Shown here piece after piece: positions 37,425 through 45,776 of a stretch of DNA of 64,000 nucleotides. The stretch is from sequence record KY499642.1; one strand, written 5' to 3'. The translations under genes and the position numbers were made by a program. The stretch's first letter is position 1. Each line of letters begins with the position of its first letter. A model generated the notes under the pieces. That model was not told the DNA's origin. It searched no databases and saw only the letters and a program-made list of their open reading frames with translations.

Positions 37425-37656
37425 GTTAGCACGTGCAGCGCTACAGCATGGTGGCGTGGTGTATTGCAACGACACTATAGAAAACAACCGTACTGTGATG
37501 CTGAAAGAAGAGACTACGTTGTGGACTCCAGAAGAGCCAGAAGTACCTGCCTTTACCTTTAAGCTTTATCAGAAACCATTTAGCTTAACTGTGAAAGCGT
37601 GCGACCTAGGTCGATTCACCTACCGTGAAAATGTCCACTATAGTGGTCCAAGCTAA
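37399..37656 (+). CDS. Hypothetical protein
   Basis: 85-aa ORF ending before terminator. Confidence 0.65.
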   Translation: MSNPVLNAELARAALQHGGVVYCNDTIENNRTVMLKEETTLWTPEEPEVPAFTFKLYQKPFSLTVKACDLGRFTYRENVHYSGPS

Positions 37657-37669
37657 TGTAATACAGATT

Positions 37670-37700
37670 GGAGAGCCACGGCTCTCCCTTCTTTTTTTTT
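37670..37700 (+). terminator. Intrinsic terminator
   Basis: GGAGAGC-CACG-GCTCTCC plus T run. Confidence 0.8.
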
Positions 37701-37711
37701 ATTTGCTATTG

Positions 37712-37742
37712 AAAAATTATGGAGACATATATCATATAAGTG
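37712..37742 (+). promoter_or_regulatory. Class A promoter-like motif (variant)
   Basis: AAAAATTATGG-AGACATATATCAT-ATA-AGTG. Confidence 0.7.
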
Positions 37743-37796
37743 AATTAGCGTGCACACACGCAACAGAATTAAATCACTTAATTGGGAGATAACAGC

Positions 37797-38507
37797 ATGA
37801 AATTTATTAACTTAAGCGGCTACCCTTTGCGTAACGAAGACGGTATTCTTATTCCAGTAGATGGTCACGTTAAAGTTCGCGAAGTTGAAATCAATGGCGA
37901 TATGGAATTGACGTATGGCGGTCACGTGAATCCGCAAGACGACACTGTCGTCATCCTACCACCAGAAGCTGACGAGTATAGTGCAACGCCGCCAAACCGC
38001 CACGCATTACCTGATGAAATGACATGGGATGCGAAAGACCGAGTGTTTGATTGTGTGCTCGACATCTACATGGAAACAGAAACTACCGAAGAAGAATTGG
38101 ATGAGATGGAGCGTAATCTGGATTCAGTTATTCAGAACATGCCGCAATTCCAAATCTGGCCAGAGCTAAAAACTGTGTATGGTTCGTCAGTGATTTATTC
38201 AGGTAAGGAAGAAGATAGTCCGAACTTCGCTAAGGATATCTTCGAGAAATGTTTCACTAGTTTCAATACGGCGTATGCTCGCGCCGATGATCGTCTTGAA
38301 GAGTTAACGTACATCTACGGCAGGTCGTTCACGGATTATGCGAGAGTACGTGAAGCATTCAAAGAAAACCTATCTACTGAGCGTTTGGTTACAGCATCTG
38401 TAGATAAAACATACATCGATAAATTCTTCTACAACTTCTTTGGGATTGAAGGGAACATGCCCCGTCCTAAGAACGCATTCCAAGCAAAAGCTAATAAGGA
38501 ACAATAA
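37797..38507 (+). CDS. Hypothetical (probably early) protein
   Basis: Start moved to ATG after GGGAGATAA. Confidence 0.75.
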   Translation: MKFINLSGYPLRNEDGILIPVDGHVKVREVEINGDMELTYGGHVNPQDDTVVILPPEADEYSATPPNRHALPDEMTWDAKDRVFDCVLDIYMETETTEEELDEMERNLDSVIQNMPQFQIWPELKTVYGSSVIYSGKEEDSPNFAKDIFEKCFTSFNTAYARADDRLEELTYIYGRSFTDYARVREAFKENLSTERLVTASVDKTYIDKFFYNFFGIEGNMPRPKNAFQAKANKEQ

Positions 38508-38917
38508 TGGATCAATACGAACTGCCTAATGCAAATGACTTCGAAGTATTTGGACACAATGTACAGGGTGGTCGTTTCGACATCTTCAAGATTGTAGATA
38601 TCGACCGTAAGGCGTGCTACCTATTCAAGGGCTCGTCTACAACCGACTTTGCAAACAAGTGTGACAACCATTACCTCCAAGAGATTGCGTTAACCATCAC
38701 TGATGATGAGTTCCTAACCGCTAAGTCTCGTATGCACTACGCTCTGCCACCAACACTCACTAACCCACACCCGTTCGTAGACTGTGATAACTTCTATGTG
38801 CGAAACATCCTAGCTACCCTACTTATGGCAGCTAAGAATGACGATGATGGTTTAGACAACCTGTTGGAACCTGAGCACAAACCGTTAGCCGACCTAGGCT
38901 TAGATTTGGACATTTAG
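38507..38917 (+). CDS. Hypothetical protein
   Basis: 136 aa, TAATG coupling. Confidence 0.7.
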   Translation: MDQYELPNANDFEVFGHNVQGGRFDIFKIVDIDRKACYLFKGSSTTDFANKCDNHYLQEIALTITDDEFLTAKSRMHYALPPTLTNPHPFVDCDNFYVRNILATLLMAAKNDDDGLDNLLEPEHKPLADLGLDLDI

Positions 38918-38958
38918 TCTATTCTATGTCTAACTAAACCCTGCCAGCGGAGGCTCCT

Positions 38959-39330
38959 ATGTATCAGTACTATTTATATTCGGCAATCATTATTCTCATT
39001 GTTGTAGGCTATTTATGTGTAACAACACCTGTGATTGAATGGTTACAACTACACCTACATCGTCAGAAGCAAGACGTCTTGGTGGATGAAGGCGAAGCGT
39101 TGGATCTTATCGAACGTTTCGGTTATACGCTCCATGAGCAAATGACGCCTTCACCGTTTAGCACTAACCCTGAACCTGTGCTAACGAAATACACTGATAC
39201 ATTAGGCCGAACCGTAATTCACAAAGTCCGTTGGATGGAAGTGCATTACTACTACGTCAATCAACATTGGCTCACCATGCTAGATAAGCTATGGCCTGTT
39301 GAGGACGAGGAGCCTACTAACGAAGCGTAA
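38959..39330 (+). CDS. Membrane-anchored hypothetical protein
   Basis: 123 aa, N-terminal TM segment, GGAGG SD. Confidence 0.7.
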   Translation: MYQYYLYSAIIILIVVGYLCVTTPVIEWLQLHLHRQKQDVLVDEGEALDLIERFGYTLHEQMTPSPFSTNPEPVLTKYTDTLGRTVIHKVRWMEVHYYYVNQHWLTMLDKLWPVEDEEPTNEA

Positions 39331-39340
39331 GGAGGTTGCT

Positions 39341-39685
39341 ATGGCAATCCGAACTATCACACAAGGCTTATTGAATGACATCCAAGAAGTCTCCTTCGAA
39401 GATGGCATTCAGGTCATTACCGTTCGTTTCGACAACGGTATTGATGTAAGCCAAACATGGAAATGGTCTACACTGGTAGATGCAGATGGGAAAGAAACCT
39501 GTGCGCATGAGGTGATGTGGAAACATATCGCTGCCTTGGGACCGGATACATGTTTTGAACTGCTAGGTAAGATGGCCAAGCATGTCGACGGCGTATCGGT
39601 AACACCATTTGATGGAGCCGCATTTGACACCAACGGTGGTACGATGGCTGAAGACCTTCCGGTTAAGCATCCTGAAGAAGAATAA
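39341..39685 (+). CDS. Hypothetical protein homologous to the N-terminal extension of the NudF at 52183
   Basis: AAGGAGG SD; FEDGIQ..RFDNG..Q..W...HEV...PD..F.L..K..K..G aligns with 52183 residues 1-100. Confidence 0.7.
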   Translation: MAIRTITQGLLNDIQEVSFEDGIQVITVRFDNGIDVSQTWKWSTLVDADGKETCAHEVMWKHIAALGPDTCFELLGKMAKHVDGVSVTPFDGAAFDTNGGTMAEDLPVKHPEEE

Positions 39686-39687
39686 TA

Positions 39688-39720
39688 GAAGAGAGAGCTT
39701 CGGCTCTCCCTTCTTTTTTT
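39688..39720 (+). terminator. Intrinsic terminator
   Basis: GAGAGAGC-TTCG-GCTCTCCC-TTCT7. Confidence 0.85.
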
Positions 39721-39843
39721 ATTTGTTTCAATATTTTTTACTCAGCCTCACTATCCCCGTCATACGGAGAATCCTCAATATCAGCAAGGGTTCAGAGGCC
39801 ATAATATGGGTATATTTATCAATGCCTATAAAGGATTCAACAC

Positions 39844-40665
39844 ATGGCCATTACTACTAACTTTAATCAAACTCCAGAAGAGCTCATTCTAGAGTTGTTT
39901 AATGCTGATAATGGTACCGCGTTTACGTCACAAGAGTTAGACATCCTAGACGGTCATAAAGACTTACTAGGTGGTCGTCGTAGTGTTACTGCTAAAATTT
40001 TAGACCTAAGTTTGGTCGACGCAGATATCCCTTACGCAACTTTAACTTTTCAACCAATCGTGATACCAGAGCAGTTTTCACAAATCGAATTAGAGATTCG
40101 AGAAGTGGACTGTTTCGATGAGAACCATGTTGTTCAGTACGACAAGATTATGGCAGAGATTACTCGACGCTATAAAATCTTAGTTGATAATGTTAACTTT
40201 GGGATTAGACAAGACGGCGGCGTCTTCTACTTCTTCGCTACTGAGGCTAACCGTGCCTACACTGGTGAAGTTCCAATCGCGTTAACATTATCGTTCTGGA
40301 CACGTGTGCCGAATCGAGAATTGAGAGGGTTCTATGCTAAAGAGCCACTGGAGTGGGCAATTGAAGACCAGACCGTGTCTGCGTTTACAATGCCTGAAGA
40401 CGGATTAGATATTCAACGTAAGACTTGGTACCAAAACTTTACTGAGATTCGCAACCTCTTAGAAGTTGTGGATGGACGTCTCGTGTACCCAGACCAGTTG
40501 AATACTTACCTTGAGCAATACGGGATTCCACCTATTCCGGCAGATGCGCCAGTGGTTAACCGCATTGTCCGTAATCCAGACGAGAATAGTAAATATTCTC
40601 ACATTCTTAAAACGACGGGTCTACCTGCGAAGGAAACCCATTACCTACACTATTACGGAGCTTAA
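39844..40665 (+). CDS. Virion fibre-type protein (N+C domains)
   Basis: 273 aa; LFNADNG, RAYTGEV, RVPNRELRGF; family shared with neighbours. Confidence 0.6.
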   Translation: MAITTNFNQTPEELILELFNADNGTAFTSQELDILDGHKDLLGGRRSVTAKILDLSLVDADIPYATLTFQPIVIPEQFSQIELEIREVDCFDENHVVQYDKIMAEITRRYKILVDNVNFGIRQDGGVFYFFATEANRAYTGEVPIALTLSFWTRVPNRELRGFYAKEPLEWAIEDQTVSAFTMPEDGLDIQRKTWYQNFTEIRNLLEVVDGRLVYPDQLNTYLEQYGIPPIPADAPVVNRIVRNPDENSKYSHILKTTGLPAKETHYLHYYGA

Positions 40666-40668
40666 TGC

Positions 40669-41535
40669 ATGAGTGCTGTACTATTTTATCAACCGCAGAT
40701 GATCATTGACGCGATTAACTCAGCGAATGGTCTAGCGTTGAAGAACACTGACGTAATGTTGTCAGTTTCAACAAACCAAGAAAACAACTGGTTGGTCGAG
40801 CAAGGCCACGGTAACACTGTATGTCGTGTAGTAGCGACTAAAGAAGGTGATTACGAAGGTGAAACTATCGTAGCTTACGACCGTGTTGACTTGACCATGA
40901 TCAAGAACATGGTAGGTGGCTTCCTAGGTATTCCACAATCGGTGACGACTGTTCACCAAGCACTGCCTTATTTTGCGTCACGCTACGGCATCACGTTCTA
41001 CGCAGATGATATCGTAGACGGCCCTGTAACGTGGACTGAAGGCGTTGGTGCATCATTCCAACTGAAAGCATCACCTGCTTCTTTGATTTACCATGGTGAA
41101 GTAACGTTTGTTTCCTCTATCTTACCGGAAGAGTTAGCGAACATCGTTGTTAATACAGACCTGCCTGAATACCCAGTATTCACACACGCAACTGACAAGT
41201 ACTTTGCAGAAGCGTTAGTGTACGGCGTTAACTTCTCTAACGAACAAGAGCAGCTATCTGCTATGACGACTGAGAACTACGACCCTGCGGCACTGCAACT
41301 TATCTTGAACGCCAATACGTCTATCTCTTGGACTATTGAAGATAACCCAGATGCGATCGGCTGTCTGTTCAACTCACAAATCACGTACAACGGTTTGAAC
41401 TCTGGTGTTGAAATCTCCAACTCAAGCTTCAAGTACCTGATGGTAGTTGAACTACGTAACGATTCGAACGTAGTAGAAGGTTCTCTATTGATCCACTACA
41501 ACGATTACTCGAACGAAGACTCACTTCCACTTTAA
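40669..41535 (+). CDS. Virion fibre-type protein (N+C domains)
   Basis: 288 aa; AINSANG, YDRVDL, SLIYHGEV, ITYNGLN. Confidence 0.65.
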   Translation: MSAVLFYQPQMIIDAINSANGLALKNTDVMLSVSTNQENNWLVEQGHGNTVCRVVATKEGDYEGETIVAYDRVDLTMIKNMVGGFLGIPQSVTTVHQALPYFASRYGITFYADDIVDGPVTWTEGVGASFQLKASPASLIYHGEVTFVSSILPEELANIVVNTDLPEYPVFTHATDKYFAEALVYGVNFSNEQEQLSAMTTENYDPAALQLILNANTSISWTIEDNPDAIGCLFNSQITYNGLNSGVEISNSSFKYLMVVELRNDSNVVEGSLLIHYNDYSNEDSLPL

Positions 41536-41559
41536 TCCTGAGCCGTACAAGGTAGAGAT

Positions 41560-41880
41560 ATGTTAGTACAAGAAACACACCTAAACTACATCCAAGATGT
41601 TGACTTCATGGAAGTGCGTCCACTTATGGTTGACATCGCTGAAGGTACTCGTCCGGTCGCTGACCTAGTCGATTTCCTTTCTCGTGTTACTTCTGACCTT
41701 TGGTCTTCTGAAGCTGGTGAAGTTAGCCTTAAGGGCGCTGAGCTGGTTTACTTCGGTATGAACAAACGTTCGTTCCCAACGAAGCCAATCTTCAACGAAG
41801 TAATGATCATCAAACTTTCTGATGAACACACCATTAAGTTTGCAGGTAAGAAACTTTACTTGATGGTAGGTCGCAAGTAA
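41560..41880 (+). CDS. Stand-alone C-domain of the fibre-type family
   Basis: 106 aa; VDF...L....TS..W...L....LVYFGMN....F..VMIIKL aligns with the C-terminal third of 40669. Confidence 0.6.
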   Translation: MLVQETHLNYIQDVDFMEVRPLMVDIAEGTRPVADLVDFLSRVTSDLWSSEAGEVSLKGAELVYFGMNKRSFPTKPIFNEVMIIKLSDEHTIKFAGKKLYLMVGRK

Positions 41881-41899
41881 GTAATCGTCAGGAGGTATT

Positions 41900-42883
41900 A
41901 TGATTCTTTTTAAATCACCAAACCCGCTTGACGATATCGCTACAATCCTTCGTAATGCAAACCCGGAGACAGCTTCGGGTTTAAATGGTAACAACATTGC
42001 CATTGATAACATTAAGGCTATTGACCCTCTTGCAAATGACGGGTACAATACCGAATGTGAAGTACGAATGGTTGGTATTGATACAGCGGTCGGTCTGATG
42101 CGTGTTCGCTTCAACCGTCTAAAACTGTCTGAAATCATTCCAACTGCGGCAGGTAACCGTGTGCGTGTTGAGATTCCTACGAAACTGAACAAGTACATGA
42201 GCTATCCAGAATTAGCAGACCGAATGAGTAAAGCGTTCGGAACCATGCTAAAGGCAGATGGTTTATACAAAGACTTCACCAACACTAACTCAGTTGCAGT
42301 TAGTAAAGGCTTCACAGCAAACGCGGGTATCAGCATTAACCCTGAGTCACTGCGCTATGAACCGGAAACGTTCTCGTTCGAAGTGTTCGGTCTTGGTATT
42401 GCACTAAGTATCGTTGTGACTACTCCGGGCTGTGTACCGTTCCGTGACGCTAATGGTTTCCCTAAGTATGAACATGCGTACTGGGATGACATCGGCTACG
42501 TTGATGCGGAAGCGAAGCGTTCATGCATCATGACGTTGGGCACATTGGACTTCACCTCTGTGTGGGGTACTGACCCATCTAACGTTATTGTGCCTGGCGA
42601 TAGTGCGGCTGGTGAGAAGGCTTGGAAGTTCACGGATGTCGCGTTTGAGAAGATTAACTTAATCCTCGCAACGAACGGTCTACCTGCACTGCCTGCGAAA
42701 GACTTCGCGGCATGGTACCGTGGTGGTACAGGCGCTTACCAAACGCCTAACTGGACTGAAACTAACTACCATGTCTACATCCGTTATTCACACTTGGATT
42801 ACGACTACAAAGAGGTAGCTAACCTTCATCCAGAAAACGCACCGCATCGTGACAATCTAATTCTACCATACCGTACTGTTTAA
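41900..42883 (+). CDS. Virion fibre-type protein, paralogue of 42895
   Basis: 327 aa; DNIK.IDP..NDG.NT, ESLRY.P, DFTSVWG.DP.NVI, KF.DVAF.KIN shared. Confidence 0.7.
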   Translation: MILFKSPNPLDDIATILRNANPETASGLNGNNIAIDNIKAIDPLANDGYNTECEVRMVGIDTAVGLMRVRFNRLKLSEIIPTAAGNRVRVEIPTKLNKYMSYPELADRMSKAFGTMLKADGLYKDFTNTNSVAVSKGFTANAGISINPESLRYEPETFSFEVFGLGIALSIVVTTPGCVPFRDANGFPKYEHAYWDDIGYVDAEAKRSCIMTLGTLDFTSVWGTDPSNVIVPGDSAAGEKAWKFTDVAFEKINLILATNGLPALPAKDFAAWYRGGTGAYQTPNWTETNYHVYIRYSHLDYDYKEVANLHPENAPHRDNLILPYRTV

Positions 42884-42894
42884 GGAGGTTCGCT

Positions 42895-43911
42895 ATGATG
42901 TTCTTTAAGAAAGCGGACCCTCTTGAGGAGATCGCTGGTATTATCCGTACTGCTAACCCTGGCTTAGCTGACCGTATCAACAAAGATAACGTAGTTGTTG
43001 ATAACATTAAGGTGATTGACCCTGCAACCAATGACGGGTTTAACACTCAGGGTTACGTTCGTGTTCTTGGTGATATGAATGATGTGGTAGGTATCGTTAC
43101 GATTCGTTGGAACCGTATGAACTTGCGCAACATCATTCCATGGAACATGGTTCGTGTTGAAGCACCATCTGAGAAAGGTGTTATCCGCCTAGACAACCTA
43201 GAGAATGTATTCTCTAAAGGTTTGGGTACGAAGATGGAATCAAGTGGTCGTTACAAAGACTACAGCTATCCGACTGCACGTGGTCAAGCAAAAGGTACTG
43301 ACTTGGAATACCGAGTTCGTCCATTAGCTGAATCGTTACGATACACTCCGGATGAGTTCTCGTTCCGTATTTACTGTTTGGGTAGTTCGTTAGATTTCGC
43401 TGTGACCGACGCAGCGTGTTTGCCGTACTACGAAGCAGATGGTCGTTTGTTCATCACTAACCCACAACGTAGTTACTGGAACCCAACGCCGCGTATGCCG
43501 GGAGATACCTGGGTTGATGCGGCAGCTACGTTAGGTATGGTTGATTTTACTTCGGTGTGGGGCGAAGACCCGCGTAACGTTATCATTGAGCATGGCGAGG
43601 TCGATAAACCACGCTACAAGTTCGACGATGTGGCATTCGCTAAGATTAACCAACTGTTAGCCGCGCAAGGATTGCCACCGTTACCCGATCCGTACTTCCA
43701 AACGTATCACTTTCAATGGGCTAACTACCGCGACCGTGGCTGGCGATACTTCTGTACGCCAATCCCACAGACGTTGAATTACTCACTGCGTATTGACCGC
43801 GCGGGGTTACAATACGACTACGCGGCTATCTCAGGTTTGGTATACCCATATGGTCATAGCTACTGGGCACACACTGAGTTGCACTGGTACTTAGGTTACC
43901 AAGTGAAATAA
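42895..43911 (+). CDS. Virion fibre-type protein, paralogue of 41900
   Basis: 338 aa; same shared motifs; aromatic-rich divergent C-terminus. Confidence 0.7.
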   Translation: MMFFKKADPLEEIAGIIRTANPGLADRINKDNVVVDNIKVIDPATNDGFNTQGYVRVLGDMNDVVGIVTIRWNRMNLRNIIPWNMVRVEAPSEKGVIRLDNLENVFSKGLGTKMESSGRYKDYSYPTARGQAKGTDLEYRVRPLAESLRYTPDEFSFRIYCLGSSLDFAVTDAACLPYYEADGRLFITNPQRSYWNPTPRMPGDTWVDAAATLGMVDFTSVWGEDPRNVIIEHGEVDKPRYKFDDVAFAKINQLLAAQGLPPLPDPYFQTYHFQWANYRDRGWRYFCTPIPQTLNYSLRIDRAGLQYDYAAISGLVYPYGHSYWAHTELHWYLGYQVK

Positions 43912-43920
43912 GCATAAGTT

Positions 43921-43955
43921 AGAGAGAGAGAGGGCTTCGGCTCTCTCTCTCTTTT
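43921..43955 (+). terminator. Intrinsic terminator
   Basis: (AG)6GGC-TTCG-GC(TC)5T hairpin plus short T run. Confidence 0.8.
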
Positions 43956-43999
43956 ATGTGTCTTGATGTATTTAAAAATGACGGTTCCTATTATATAGT

Positions 44000-44127
44000 G
44001 AACCAACCGTTTGCTGATAATGTTTAGACGGCATCATCAGCGTTTCGTGACGTAGCGGAGATTAAAAGGTCACTCTCGTATTCTAACTGCCAGACAACGA
44101 GAGACTCCGTTGCGTCACATCTTTTTT
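44000..44127 (+). ncRNA. Candidate structured small RNA or attenuator leader
   Basis: 10-bp hairpin 44013-44041; 14-bp stem 44047-44060/44105-44118 with two G-U pairs enclosing 7-bp stem 44073-79/44097-103; followed by T6. Confidence 0.55.
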
Positions 44128-44148
44128 CTATTTGTTAAGGAAAAGACA

Positions 44149-44421
44149 ATGAACAAACAAACACTAGCAAACTGGCTTTCAGGACCAATCACAAACAAAG
44201 AACTAGACGTGCTCGTTCTAGAGATGGATATGGTTATGCGTCAGCCTGAAACATGCAGCGCGTTGGGAACACTCCGCGAATTAGAGTTCCGTAAGCACGA
44301 CCACGATGGTGATACTGCATTACCAATGTCGTACACTCGTGAAGATGGGACTATCCAAGATAACGAAGTTGCATTCATGTATCCGAACCGTGTGGCGCTG
44401 GTACCAATCCGCAATTATTAA
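44149..44421 (+). CDS. Small hypothetical protein between two structured non-coding regions
   Basis: 90 aa from ATG after AAGGA SD. Confidence 0.7.
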   Translation: MNKQTLANWLSGPITNKELDVLVLEMDMVMRQPETCSALGTLRELEFRKHDHDGDTALPMSYTREDGTIQDNEVAFMYPNRVALVPIRNY

Positions 44422-44424
44422 TTA

Positions 44425-44592
44425 TTCGACTTAGCCTTATATCGGGCCTACGTTTATTGCTATCAAACCCTTGTCTATAGGGGAATCTTGTGAGTAGAGG
44501 CTTACAGAATTCTTCGACGGTGGCCATGTGGAAGAAGATAACAATAACTACCCCAGATGCCTCGACTGGCTAGGTAGATCCAATACGCATTT
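44425..44592 (+). ncRNA. Candidate structured non-coding region or long 3' UTR
   Basis: Four consecutive hairpins, no ORF of 60 aa or more, closed by UUCG terminator. Confidence 0.35.
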
Positions 44593-44617
44593 AGGGAGCT
44601 TCGGCTCCCTCTTTTTT
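44593..44617 (+). terminator. Intrinsic terminator
   Basis: AGGGAGC-TTCG-GCTCCCT-CT6. Confidence 0.9.
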
Positions 44618-44680
44618 ATTTGCCTTAAAAAATACTGACACAGTTATGTTTTGTATTATTAACAAACCGGAGATAGAACA

Positions 44681-45142
44681 ATGAGTTTACTGCGTAAGGG
44701 TATCGTACTCGCACTTAAGAAGAAGATGGTGAAGTTACGTGCCAACCCGTCTAATCTCATCATGCTTTGTGTGCAAGAGAAACTTGCAGATGAAGGTTAT
44801 ACCGCAACCGCCCATGCCGGATTACTGGCAGTCGTTAAAGAAGGTGATGATAAACCTACCTTGACAGTTTTCGAATTGAAAGCATTCCCTGCACTCAACC
44901 ATGAACTGTTCAGCCTAACTACCGAAGTTCGTAAGTATGCAGGGCGCGATGGTAAAGACTGGAGCGCATTCGCAGCACGTGCAAAAATTGTGTTAGAAGT
45001 CCCTAACTACATTCCTACTCGTGATGAGGTGACTGAGTTTGGTTATAAGCATCTGACCAATGAAGGTAATGCTGAAGGTAAGAAGTACAATAACGAAGAC
45101 GTAGTGCAAGCGGTTTACGATAAAGTTATCGCAGAGCTGTAA
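44681..45142 (+). CDS. Hypothetical protein
   Basis: 153 aa, GGAG SD. Confidence 0.75.
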   Translation: MSLLRKGIVLALKKKMVKLRANPSNLIMLCVQEKLADEGYTATAHAGLLAVVKEGDDKPTLTVFELKAFPALNHELFSLTTEVRKYAGRDGKDWSAFAARAKIVLEVPNYIPTRDEVTEFGYKHLTNEGNAEGKKYNNEDVVQAVYDKVIAEL

Positions 45143-45162
45143 TCGCTACTTGGGAGATAATA

Positions 45163-45774
45163 ATGGAAATAACTATCGCTGAGGTAGGATTGGTCATTGC
45201 CGTCATTTACGGTCTATTCGTTACGTTCTTACTCTACCTTAAGGATAAGAAGTATCAGCGTAACCGACTGACGTTGTGTACTGTAAAGAGCGAACTAAGG
45301 TCCTTATTTAAACCATTCAACCTATCACATCCAGATGTTGATGTCCTGAGTGCATTTAGTCATATGTCTGACGGTCGCTTTGTGGCAATGGGTGGTTATG
45401 GGTTAGACATTCGCAGTGTGTTAAAAGACGCGGACATTTGGCTTGACTCACATCTCTACGTTGCGTCGGTGATAGCCGATGATCGTGCAGCGCCTACAGC
45501 GATTGCCTACGGGTATCTCACTGGGGTTAAGACGATGTATGTCGAAGTGTATGTGGTTGACCCATCGATTAAGTATTGGTCAGATGCTAATGAGACTGAT
45601 ATCTTAAGGCGTGTTGCGTCAGCGCTTGAGCTTGACCATATCTACAGTAACTCATTCACAAAAGTGCCTGGCGGCAAACATCCTAAAGAACGCGCAGCAA
45701 ACTTTGCTAAACACGTTATGGACTTACGTCAGAATATCACAACAAACATCAAATACACATTACACAGGGGATAA
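45163..45774 (+). CDS. Membrane-anchored hypothetical protein
   Basis: 203 aa, N-terminal TM, GGGAGATAA SD. Confidence 0.75.
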   Translation: MEITIAEVGLVIAVIYGLFVTFLLYLKDKKYQRNRLTLCTVKSELRSLFKPFNLSHPDVDVLSAFSHMSDGRFVAMGGYGLDIRSVLKDADIWLDSHLYVASVIADDRAAPTAIAYGYLTGVKTMYVEVYVVDPSIKYWSDANETDILRRVASALELDHIYSNSFTKVPGGKHPKERAANFAKHVMDLRQNITTNIKYTLHRG

Positions 45775-45776
45775 GT

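Noticed and set aside
41665-42198. 177-aa minus-strand ORF
   Set aside because: Fully antisense to two well-supported structural genes, no SD or codon bias
41900-43911. Possible diversity-generating retroelement behind the paralogous fibre tips
   Set aside because: No reverse transcriptase and no near-identical TR/VR pair with A-specific mismatches in the window
44013-44041. CUGAUGA on the minus strand suggested a hammerhead ribozyme
   Set aside because: No GAAA core or stem III in the right place
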